A stretch of 64,000 nt of DNA. Origin: Plasmodiophora brassicae. Its lineage: Eukaryota. The notes under the pieces are model-generated. The model did no database searches. It was not told the origin of the DNA and worked only from the letters and a program-made list of their open reading frames with translations. The stretch spans positions 248,001 to 312,000 of the forward strand of contig CP145411.1 of assembly GCA_036867785.1 (NCBI GenBank), in the 5' to 3' direction. Of the stretch, positions 47,959 through 59,326 are shown in pieces (the first letter of the stretch is position 1; the number at the start of each line of letters is the position of its first letter). Both the position numbers and the translations under genes were made by a program.

Positions 47959-50145
47959 ATGGTGGAGGGCGGCCGGGCAACGGCGCCGGCCCTGGTGCCG
48001 CACAGGTACTTCACCCAGGACCAGATCGCGAACCTGAAGATCAAGGTGACGCTGAAGAAGTCACGTCACCAGACGGACGCCCAGGCGTCGCATCGGGACA
48101 CGCACAAGGCCGCCCTGTTGCGCGCCAAACGCGAACGAATGATGGCATCGCCACCGCCGGTGAAACCGACGACGACGACGACGTCGCAGCAGGCGCTACC
48201 ATCGCTGGCAACGGCTACGCCCGGCATGGCGTTGCCGGCGTTGAAAGAAGTCGTCCTGGAGAAGACGCTCGCCTGGCAGGAGAAGGTGTACACGGCCAGG
48301 GAGATCCTGACCTGCTGCCATTCGAGGAACGTCCCCAAGGCGCATCACGACCGCGCGTACCTCGACAACATCAGGACGTTCCTGAAGGCGGCCTACAAGA
48401 CGGACGACATCGAGGCCGCCTCCCGGACGCATATCCTTCAGCAGAGCGGTGTCCTCCTGGCGACCAAGGTCGACGCTGACGATTACGTAGGCCGTTCGCC
48501 CTGGGATCGATACAGAACGCGTAATGGGGGCCTCCGCGACAGATCCATCCGTCGATGCTGGAGGAGAACGTGACGTCGTCGTCGAATCGCAGGCTGAATG
48601 CGCTGGCGATGAACGCGGCCATGGGCAGCGGATCCTGTCGTCGTGATCCACGATCCGTCAAGATGACGGTCGTCTCTTGCGTCGATCTGCCCGACAACGA
48701 CAACGAGCTGAAGCATTGGGCAAAGGCATCCCCGTCAAACGTGGCCGCCCTCGGGTTGGGCACCTGTCTGACCGTTATTCGCCACAGGTGCAACGCGTCG
48801 GATACGAACACGTCCTGTACCAGGTGCGACTGTTCGACAACGGGACGTTCGATATTCGGCCACAATTCTCGGCAGGCGGCCCGGCGGACGCCCCGCCCCA
48901 CGTGTTTCGAAGCCCGGCCGGTGTCTGGTACGAGTACTGGGTCGAAGACGTATCGGAACGGGGCGCTGTTGCCCCTACTACTACTACTGCCCCTATACGT
49001 CGGCCGCTGACCGCAACGCCCATCGTATCGCCGCTCGACCGTTGCATACGATGATTGGGCGGTCGTAACATGGTAGGGATAGGCTCGGCTGACGAATCGT
49101 CCCGCACCTGGGTACCTTGTCCTGAACCTGTTCGGGGAGATCTGCCAGACGCGCGATGTGGACGCCGACAACGTCTGGGTCCAGTACCAGGTCGACATGC
49201 CCGAAGGATGGCAGTGGTCCAAACACGACCGCACGCGGCGGAACGCGTCGCTGACGCAGATGGCCACGTCGGTGGTGGACGACGAGCGGCGACGTACGTG
49301 TGCGTCGTATGCACGGTTGGCGGGTGCCTAACTGCCCAGAGCAGGAGTGTGCCGGTTTGCGTTCCCGTTCGAGCTCGAGCTGGTCGGGAGGTTGGACCAC
49401 CCGGTGGTGCCGATGCCGACAATCTACTTCCAGGTCAGCTCGACCGATTGCTGGGATCGCGACCGCGTCGAAGGCTACACGTTCGTTCAGGTGGTTCCGG
49501 GTGCGGCGCAGGCCACAATTGCATGTGGCCTGATTGTTGGGTCGGCAGGTGCCGGCTAGCGCCGGGTGCCACGAGATTTCATCACCTCTGTGGCGGCCAG
49601 TTGGAACGCTGACCGACCAGTGCTACCGGTACTTCCTTGGCGGCGCGCCGACGTTGTCGTCGATCTTCCTGGGCGGGTTGCCACCTGACAACAGAGAGGT
49701 GCGCCCTGCGTCGTTACGTGCAGGACGTTCTCAGACGTGGTCGGCACAGCACGGGGCGTTCAGTCGGTACGGGTTCGCAACCGTCGAGTCGGGCTACCTG
49801 GACGTGCGCATCAACGCTGTCATCACGATCTGTAAAGATCAACTCGCGGCGGCGACGAACGTCCAGCAGGAGCGGCCGCCGCTGAGGATCACCGGCGGCG
49901 CCATCGACCATGTCCTCGAGAAGGAGCAAACGATCATGAGGGCAATCCAGGTACGAGCGCCGGTTGACACTTTGGATTCGATTCGGGGCACCGACGACCG
50001 GAATGGGCCACCACAGGCGCTGCGGTTGTCCGTATCCCCACCAGACCAGCCGGCCGTGCCACCTCCTCCTGCATCCACCGATCGGCGCAGCACGGTCCGA
50101 CGAAGGACAATCGGGACGAGCAGAAGGGTGACGCTTCGGGAATAA
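47959..50145 (+). CDS. MKS1: Meckel syndrome type 1 B9-domain transition-zone protein
   Basis: RYFTQDQIANLKIKV, AWQEKV, FAFPFELEL, IYFQVSSTDCWDRDRVEGY, WRPV, RYFLGGAP, FSRYGF. Confidence 0.85.
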
Positions 50146-50419
50146 TAAAACGCCTACATTGCACGAGCTGTCTGGTTGGCTATGACGTCGAGTAGCGCGC
50201 GCTTCTTCGCTTCTGCATGCGGCACAAGTGTGCCTTTCGCTCAGCTGCCCGTGATGGGCAATGTCGGCGGTACATAATCCTCATCAGGGAGCACAGACGG
50301 GAAACGGGTCGTCAGCTAAGTTTGGGGAGGAGGCGGCATCGTGTCGGCGCTTGCGTCAATAGTGCCGTGCGGCGGGAAGCGTTGCCGCGGTCGGCCGGGG
50401 CGTCCTGTGAACGACCACC

Positions 50420-50827
50420 ATGCTGGGCGTCATCCGTGGATTGTTGAGGTCGAAGAAGACCAAGGTCGGGAGGGGTCGGGGCGAACGTTGCGGTATGACG
50501 CTGTGATGACGCGGCGTCGTTGCAGAACCTGCGGGGGAACATGATCCCGAAGAGGGGCAATAACCAGTTCTACAAGGGCAAGGGATGCCTGAAGACCGGG
50601 TGGATCACCCGCAAAGGTGATTGTGCTGGAGGGATGTCGCCGTGTGGACGTTGTCTGAGTCGCGCGTTGCTGTATACACAGGCGTGTACCGGTCGTTCTC
50701 GAACCTGGACAAGATGCTCGATTACCAGGTGCCGGATCTCACCGGGTTCAACCTCAAACCATACGTGTCGCACCAGACTCCGCTGGCGCCCAAGCTGGAT
50801 GAATCTGGGGCGCCTCCTGCCTCATAG
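50420..50827 (+). CDS. MRPL41: Mitochondrial ribosomal protein mL41
   Basis: KRGNNQFYKGKG...G, VPDLTGFNLKPYVS; two introns. Confidence 0.9.
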
Positions 50828-51032
50828 GTTCGCTGCAAACGTTGCTATGTCCATCGCACATCTAAACTCGTACCAAACGGGGATTACGCGTGATCCACGA
50901 CCGTCTATGCGGGTCGGCAGCAGCTGGCGTTCGACGACGTAGCACGTCTAAAGCCTCGGCGACGACCAGAGAGAATGGGAGGGGGTGCCTGCCGCACGAT
51001 CAGAGTCGGGGCGTAGGGCGCCATGTGTATTC

Positions 51033-53398
51033 CTAGCGCAGGCGGCGCCGTTTCGGCACCGGGCCGCCACTGCCTGCGTCGTCGGCATCGGGTCCCTCGC
51101 GTGTCATGCGGGCACTGAGCAGCGCGGCGATGTCATCGTGGCCCAAGGCGACGGCGTAGTCCAGCGCTGTCCGCTGGCGGTCGTCTTCCACGGTCACGTC
51201 GACGTCCGCCGACGACAGCAGCACGTCAACGACGGCCCGGTGCCCATACAGGGCGGCGACGTGCAAAGGGGTCGCCAGCAGGCCCGCGTCGGCATTGACG
51301 GTGACGCCGGTCGTGTTCGCCAGCAACGCGGCGACCGTGTGGCGCCCGAGTACGGCGGCCAAGTGCAAAGGCGTCCGCTCGAACCTGTCACGAGCGTTGC
51401 CGTCGATCCCGGGGGCGCCCAGCAGCACCTCGGCGACGTCGTCGTGTTCGCAGACGATGGCGAAATGCAGCGCCGTCATCCGCTGGTCCCCGTCCTGGGC
51501 GTTGACGTCGATGTCGGGGTGGCCCAGCAACCGCTGAACGCCATCGACGTACCCACGAATAGCTGCGAAGTGCAGGGGCGTCGCCCCGTTCCTGTCGCGA
51601 GCGTTGACGTCGATCCCGGCAGCCGCCAGCAACAAGTTGACGATGACGATATCGTTCGGCTCATCGCTGGTCGCGACAAGGAACAGAGGCGTCAGTTGGT
51701 CAGCGTCACCTGCGTTGACGTCGACGCCGGGAACGCTCAACAGCAGCTGGACGATCTCCACGTTGCGACCGGCGACCGCCAGGAACAGCGGCGTCTTCCC
51801 GTGATGGTCCCGCGCGTTGGCAGCGATCCCGGTCCGGCTGACGAGCAGTCTGGCCACATCGACATTGTCATCTTCGACCGCCGTGTGCAGGGGCGTGTCC
51901 TCGTTCGTGTCCTCGCGCGCGTTCAGGTCGACCCTGCTGTCGTTCAGCAGCATCGTGAGGACGTTGCTGTCGGGGTATTCGCTACGAACGGCCAGATGCA
52001 GTGGCGTTCTACCGAGGTAATCCTTCGCGTTGACGTCGACAGCGGCAGCACACAGCAGCAACGCGACGACAACGTCATGGTCACCGACAACGGCGAGGTG
52101 CAACGGCGTCTTCTCCAACATGTCGCGCGCGTTAACGTCGGCCCCGGGTGCATTGAGCAGCGCCGCGACGACGTGCGTTTCCCCATTGGCGACGGCCGTG
52201 TGCAGAGGTGTGCGCCCATGGATACGGTCGTGCGTGTTGACGTCGACGTCGGGATGGTTCAACAGCCACGTCGCGACAAGGTTGCGCCTGCCAGCGACGG
52301 CACTGTGCAACGGCGTCCTCTCGTTGGCATCTCGCGCGTTCAGGTCAATCCCGGGGGCGTTCGCCAGCAGCCAGAGGCTTCGCATTGACCGGGCAACGTA
52401 GTCTGGGTCAGCACGAGGAGGTACCCCTAAGACGTGCAGTGGCGTCTTTCTGCTCAGGTCGCGCGCGTTGACGTCGATCCCTGGAGCCGTCAGCAGCAAC
52501 GCCACGATGTCGTCGTGTACGAACGCGGCGGCTCTGTGCAACGGCCTCTTGTGGTACGCGTCCGGAAGGTTGACGTCGATGTCGGTGGCGGTTAGCAGCG
52601 ACCTGACGACATCCAGGTGCCCGTGCACAACGGCGTCGTGGAACGGTGACCGGCCAGAGCCGCCGAGAGCGTTGACGTCGATACCGGGCGCGTCAACCAG
52701 CACGTCGACAACCGCCTGCTCTCCCTGGCGAGCGGCCCATTGCAGCACGTTCCCGGAACGATCCCATGGTGCGTCGTTAACAATGCTGACGTTGCCGTCC
52801 GCCATGAAGCAGTCACGAAGTCGGCCGGCGATCGCCCGCTGATGGTCCTTCGTTGCGACTTGTCGAAGGCAGGCGATTCCAGGCGCGTTGTCCACGACGA
52901 ACGAGTAGAGGTCGTCGTGGACCATACCGCGCATGGCAGCGATCTCCTTCCAGGTGCGCTTCGTCGCCGCGATTGCGACCATGAGCGGGTGCATGGCAAG
53001 GAAGTTGGCAGCTGCGAGCAGATGGCATTGTGCCTTGAGGCCGCCCGACCGGAGCTTGTCCTGCGCCCATTGTACGGCTCGATCAACCTATTGTAGATCA
53101 TCTTCAGCGCACTGGAGGGATCGCACACAACGAACAGCAGAACCTCATGTGGCGCGGTTGTGTGAATATACTCCACAATCTGCTCGAGTTCGGTATTGGC
53201 GATGTTGGACAAAGGAACGACGCAGATCTCGTCGACCGCGTTCAATACGTCATTTAGCACGGCAGAGTGCCCGGCAGCGGCGGTCGCGTTGACGACATGG
53301 CAAACACTGTCCCTGGAACGCAGAGTGACGGCGTCGGCGAGTCCTGAACCGAGGGCAACCACGACGAGCACGCCGACACGAGCGCCAGCACTGCACAT
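51033..53398 (-). CDS. Secreted SKP1-like domain + ankyrin-repeat protein with C-terminal NLS (candidate effector)
   Basis: Signal peptide; VTLRSRD...HS..L...VPLSNI...LEQIVEY; intron 53088-53143 joins to HLLAAANFL; about 14 ankyrin repeats (TPLH, IDVNARD); terminal PKRRRLR. Confidence 0.85.
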
Positions 53399-53722
53399 TT
53401 CGGATCGCCGGTACCGCCCGTGATGGCTCGTCTGCACCATCGGGATGCTCCTCCCGATCTGCTCTGCTCCAGGCCAGGCCAAGACGCGTCCGCAAATCCC
53501 TGAACTGCGCGTATGGACTCAGGCAAATGTCAACGGGTCGACCCGGGTCGGGCGGGGGCCAGGAACCTGTCGATTCTGACCCCCTGAGGTCCACGGGTCT
53601 GATCTGAGTCAGGCATGAAGGAACTCGACTGCCTCATTTGGATGATTTTTATTGTCAGAAAGATTGCAATTCGCAGATAGCATCGTCTGCTGTGTCGCTC
53701 AGGCGTGATCGGCGTTTGTTAA

Positions 53723-55494
53723 CCCTTTATGGCTTCGGAGTTTTCGACGCAATCGTGTCGCATATAGAAACTGCAATAACTTTTTGAATATCGCATGTAG
53801 AAACGTCCGACCAACAGATTCGAATAGAACACGACGCGAGGAGCATACAGATGGTTTCAGCCCATCCAGACGACAATTATAACAAAAGTTAGATTATGCG
53901 GAAAGTCGCTTCGACACGATCGCGTCGCTAATTTGGGCAAGCCATAACTTTATATGTAGCTGTCCAAATGGAACAACTTTAACGGGAGCTGGTGCCACAG
54001 ATCATGAGAGCGCGGCGGTATGCCGCGTCAAGGCCGTCCGGATTCCTGGATCACACACGGTTGGCGAGTTCCGGGCACCCACGGGGTTCCTCGACGAGAA
54101 CGGCTAGGAAAGGCGTTAGCTCCGGGTTTCTCGCGTGCGACAAGTGCATACGCTATGCCAAGCGGAAAGTGGTCGCCAAAGCTCACGAATTATCCGATGC
54201 CGATGCCCGAGCCGAGGTGACGGAGGCGAAGTCGCGTTCATATCGGCCGAGTTCCGCTGTGGTTGACGCGATAGACACGCCGCAAAGGGTGATAACGAAC
54301 GAAACCTCAACAATGTCGCCGTTCAAGATCAGTCCGCTCATTAGAGTGCATATTACGTTCCTGTTATTTAGGTCAAACCCATGCACAGGACAACAGCGAG
54401 CCACTCTCTCAGTCCCTGCAGTAGTCAACGGTCGCCAATCGCGCGGTGTACGTACTTGACCTGTGCAGCATAGATGTTCGTACAACGTACAATCGTATTC
54501 AGCATGGACGTATCCAGGAACTGCCCAAAGATCAAGTGGACGGCGTCGTGCTCACTTAGTGTGTCCACGCCTTCGAACTTCGTGCGGGGCGGACCCGTAC
54601 GTGGCACGGCTCAGAAACACTGGAATATCTAGCAGGAACGTTCCGTCCTAGATACTCTCTGGATGTTCGATATTCCACCCGTATACGTTCATCTACAAGG
54701 TCGCCATCTAGCGCCAGTATCGCAGAGACCAACGTGTACGCGAATACGATGCCCATGACCGTCTAATTGAACAACGCCAGATCCATCGTTATCATCGCCG
54801 TCATCATCGGAAGCGTCAACCTCGACTGGCTGGGCCTCGTACGGATCTGGATTGGATTCTGAGCCGTCAGAGTCGGTTTCTGGCGCAAAGACGTGAAGCA
54901 CTTCGCCTCTTTCGACTTGGTCCACTCCGATGTCGTCGTCAGCATGACCCTCACCGACATCTTGGGCGTTATCTGCGACATCAAGGACCAGTGAGCAAAT
55001 CTGTCGCGACTTGAACATTGCCTATTACCTCCTAGAGGTGTACGGTTAGGAGCTGGAGCTGCTGGTGCGCTGCCACTGCCTGCCAGAGATTGATCTCCCG
55101 CAGGACCTCCGCCTGACCCCTTCCGCGACGAACATGTCATGCGATTGTGACCGAGCGCCTTGCAATACGAGCACTTGTACTGTCGTCTGGGTATGCCAGC
55201 ATCCCCTCCGACATCTGCTGCGCCGGCCATTGTGCTTTGACCTACAGTACGCTCAGAATTTGGCGGGACTGCTTTTGACCAGACCTAGACACGATCGTGA
55301 CTAACTTTCAATGTCCGATAACTTTTCATGGAATTTTGATAGGAAGTTATAATTTCGTTTATTTGGAGAAATGCATGGTCGGGTCGCCCAGTAAAATTTT
55401 CAGATGCGAATAACCTCACCAGTCTGCGCAATGAATGTCAGAAAATCGAAATCCCGAATTTGCGACGCAATTGTGTCGCAAAAACGGTAAAGGG
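53723..55494 (-). mobile_element. Decayed piggyBac-like DNA transposon
   Basis: TTAA at 53719 then CCCTTTA; TAAAGGG ending at 55494; near-palindromic subterminal motif cgacgcaatygtgtcgca at both ends; transposase relic FGQFLDTSMLNTIVRCTNIYA...LREWLAVVLCMGL. Confidence 0.85.
54360..55230 (-). pseudogene. piggyBac transposase pseudogene (N-terminal part) with CCHC zinc-knuckle exon
   Basis: CSYCKALGHNRMTC exon, intron 54973-55028, acidic region, then the DDE_Tnp_1_7-like start with stops and frameshifts; catalytic core absent. Confidence 0.75.
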
Positions 55495-55584
55495 TACCCC
55501 GAGAAGCGGGGGCTCTTCTCCATGGGCATTCCCCGGTGGGAGAACCACCGTTGCCGTTTCTTCTCGAACGACTCGCTGGACGAT

Positions 55585-57845
55585 TCACTTCCTGCAGGTG
55601 GTTTGGGTGTCCTCGTTCGAATTTAGCAGGGTTAGCACTCTGTTCATAGCCGTCTCGGCCTCAAACGAAGATGTTTCGGGATTTACCGTGCCGCCTGCAA
55701 CGACTGACGGCGTCATAAACGAGCTGTGTAGCGCCACTTCATGGTTTAATACTAAAGTCGGCCCTCCCCCGTCACTACGCATGTAAAACCATTGAATCTG
55801 AACCTGGTTGGTCTTTCCAAGCATCGTCGGGCACCCCTGGCGGCGACAGTGCGGTCGCTGGCTTCGACAGTAAGAATTCCAGAGCCTTGACGCCGCATGG
55901 TCGCCTAACGACGCTCATTCCCCATTTTCGTAACTTCTCGGTCGTGTCTGGATCGGGGTTCCACCAGGAACTGTTCCGTATCCGATCCAGTTCCGCCTTT
56001 TCGGGGGCGATGATCGCTCGGATATGCTCGCGGATCATTGCTCGGCAGCAGTAGTAATCCGGAAGAACTTGATGCAGGTCTTTGAACGACTCGATGACAG
56101 AGAACGCTCCATCAACCATCCGCCCAGAAATGTAGACGTGGACGAGCGCCGCCAGCGTTTTGCTTGTCAATGGAAGATCGTACCTGACGGACGTGTCAAA
56201 GACCGGCACGATAGACTCGACAAGCAACCTCAGTACCGGATCTGCATGGCCTCCACCATTTCCTCAGCGAGACGAGCGCGGTCTTGAAGCGTCAGGAACT
56301 GAGGTTGCCCGGGAGGCGCAGAAACGTGAAGCTGATATGGGCCCGGCGTAGTCTTCTGGGATCGGGTTATCGCTCCCAAAAACTGATGGAATATGTTCTA
56401 TGGAACAATCAGGCCAGACATTGACGGCAGAGTAATCAACGACAGACCTGAAGCAGCACCTTGTCGTCTATTGGATGGGCGGACATCGACGCCAGAACTT
56501 GTAGTGCCATGTCGAGATTTCCAAGACGAGCACACGCCACCATGACTGACGAAAATGTGTACGGTGTCGGAACGATCGTCGCGTCATTCCGCATGCGCTC
56601 GTAGAGATCGATCGCGTACTGCCGGGAGTGCCCCGACTTTGCAGCTGCATGGATAAGCATGTTGTACTGCAATGCTCCAACCTTGTAGCCCTGGATTGCG
56701 TATGGCTGAGAGTTTGCAAGCGCAGGACCGTGTCGAGGTGACCATACCACTTGCATATACTCTTCAAATAGAACAACGGCTTTGGCGACCATTCGGCATT
56801 GACCCGCAACGTGCATCACGCGCGTGTACAGCGCTTGCGAGACTATTCCGACATTGCACCTGTATTCCGTGAACTGAAGCCGAATGAGAACACGTAATGA
56901 ACAATCTGTGGTGGCGCGCCATCATACTGTGTCCCACGCGCGTGTGAGCTGATTGTTCCGCGAACAAGCCATGACAGCGCGCTCAAGTGCAATCTGAAGT
57001 TGACGTTAGCGTGGTGGAACGGGATGGGTGCGGCCATGAGATCACCTACGCTGCTGATCGCGATGCCGCCCTGCCTCATGTGGTCGAGCAGCTGAACGGC
57101 ATGGTCGGCCTGCGCGGCCGCCGCACAGACCTTCAGCATCGCAGGGTACACATGACGTGACGACTTCTGCGCAGGTCCCATCTGGCTCCAGATCCGACAG
57201 GCAACCTCGTACCAAGGTTCTGTGCAAATAGGGTAAGCGGGTACGGAAACGTCTCCTGACAGAACCCGAGACATTACGCTGCTTCTGAAGGTAATCGTCG
57301 GTTGCTTCTGCCGTCCTACTGTCCTCGAACACGACAAGGCCATTCAGGACGGCAGCGTACGCTAGATCGTTCGGCTCCAGCCCTTTGGCTTTCATGGCCT
57401 CGAACGTCTGCAGTGTTTTGCCCGGATTGCCACGAGCGCTGTAGAACTTCAGCAGCAACGTGTACGTCTTGACGTTGTGCCCGCCTTCCATTATCTTGGC
57501 GACCTCTTCGCGTTCGTCGCCCAAGCGTCGGCGATCCCAGATCGACCGCGTGGTGGTCACCCTTTTCACGTGCTGGTCCCTGAGAGCGCCCAGAGGGTCA
57601 TACGCCTTCTGCTTCGTATTGAAGATGATCTGACTGCGATGTTGTGTAACTCCATCTACGGGAACCCTGTCAGGTCTCGCGACACGCCGCAGTCGTGCAC
57701 AGCCCGGTACCGGGGACTTCGCCATCCGACCTGCGCCTCGGTCGCACGCGCGTGTTTTCCACTCTCGGCATTGCCAGCTGCTCCACATTGAAGTCGAACG
57801 TGCGTGGCACGACGCGCGCCAGAGCCGAGAGGCGGCGCCCCGCAT
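55585..57845 (-). CDS. Pentatricopeptide-repeat protein, probably mitochondrial
   Basis: PPR motifs (TYTLLLKFYSARG...MKAKGLEPNDLAY; YNMLIHAAAKSG; TFSSVMVACARLG) and an Arg-rich N-terminus. Confidence 0.85.
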
Positions 57846-57985
57846 GCGGAAACGACAACATGGCGACGTCGACTGAGGGGGGAGCCGGAGCCCGCGCACC
57901 CGCACCACCAGTGCAGTCCGCACCCCGGGTTTACGTTACGTGCCGCGCAGCAGCAGCAGCAGCACCTGCAGCAGTCCGCGACTGC

Positions 57986-57999
57986 GGGGGGGGGGGGGG
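57986..57999. repeat. Poly-G tract (14 nt)
   Basis: Homopolymer between the ARC1-like and PPR genes. Confidence 0.9.
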
Positions 58000-58061
58000 C
58001 GCGGCGAGGACTTCGCTGATGGTGATGACGATGTTTTCATTACAGTCCAGGATGATTGCGC

Positions 58062-59199
58062 TCATTTGATCTGGGCGTTGCGCAGGGTATCGACGGTGAC
58101 AGGGCCGGCCGACGTCGTGAACGGGACGCCGGCGCAGGTGGCGACGGCGCTATCGTTCGTCTTCAGGAGTTTCCAGAGCTTGTCGAGCTTGCGCTTCTTG
58201 AGGACAGCCTCCGGCGCTATGCCGTCCGTGCCAGCGAATGCGACCTTTTCGCCGACCTGGGCGTTGGAAGGAGGGCGGAGGGGTTCGATGGTGGAACGGT
58301 CGGCGTTGGATGCGCACAAGACGAGGCCGGAAGAAGCGGTGCCCTTGATCTCGCATGGTTCTATGTTTACCAGAACGCACACCAGACGCTGGCGCATGCC
58401 CTCAATCGGGACATGCTTTGCCAGTCCAGACACAACCTGTCTTGGCCCAGTGCTTTCGCCCAAGTCGATCTTCTCGACGTAGAGCCGCTCGTCGGTGTCG
58501 TGCCCTATAGCAACGTTAGTCTGATCGAGGACATACCAACGAGTTGATGACCTGCAACTTCCACGACCCGGCCAACCCGAATATCGAAGACGGCAGCATC
58601 GTTCGACGTCGCTACCTCAGGAGCTTTCGCCTTCTTCTGTTTCTTGTCCTTTGCATTCGTCGGTGCTTCAATAACAGTCTTAATCGCGACTGATCACCAC
58701 AGAGCGTCACAATTCGTTCCCAAGCATGAAGTCGGACACTCACTCATCGGAAAGTGCGGCGAAGCACATCGAATATGCTGAACGTGATTGAACCAGCGCA
58801 GGAGGCAGCTCAGATCAAGCAAAGCCTTGTCCTTAATCTCAGGGATCTCCTTGTACAATATCCCAAATACAAGCAGGTCCGTCTGAGACAGCGTTTTCCT
58901 GTGTTGCGATGTTAATAGAGCACAACTGCCGGGGGCTGTTCAACGAACCCTTCGAGAAAAGTTCTAGTGAGCAAGTAATCATCGAGTTTGTTGAACTCGT
59001 GCGCCGCCGCCATTGCAATGAGCTTGCTGTCGCCGCCAAGGTGGTTCACGATCGACGGGAACCCGTCGTACACTTGGCCGTTAATGCGCAGAACAACCCC
59101 TTCCGCTGTTGCGTCTTCGAATGCCGACTGCGGCAATGCTGACAGGACTGACAGCGTGTACTGATCATTCAGGTCACCAACGACAACGGTAGATGCCAT
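58062..59199 (-). CDS. Arc1p/AIMP1-like tRNA-binding cofactor (GST-C-like + EMAPII OB fold)
   Basis: KLDDYLLTRTFL, RWFNHVQ, DIRVGRV, LYVEKIDLGE..PRQVVSGL, GLVLCAS. Confidence 0.85.
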
Positions 59200-59326
59200 T
59201 GTTGGCGACGGCCTGCGTTTCGCTGTCGGCTATCGCTAACGTTACCGTACGGACTCCGCAAGGTATACCTTATGAAGGACGCCAGACATTGGGAGATTCG
59301 GAGAAATGAAAAGGATATTCGTGCTT

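Noticed and set aside
16723-50145. TMEM231 and MKS1 as a ciliary gene cluster
   Set aside because: About 30 kb apart with many unrelated genes between; probably chance.
50985-52388. 467-aa plus-strand ORF and similar long antisense ORFs across the window
   Set aside because: Shadow ORFs opposite GC-rich real genes, here the ankyrin gene.
51100-52750. Periodic gttgacgtcga repeats resembling a CRISPR array
   Set aside because: They are the coding DVN motif of ankyrin repeats; eukaryotic context with no cas genes.
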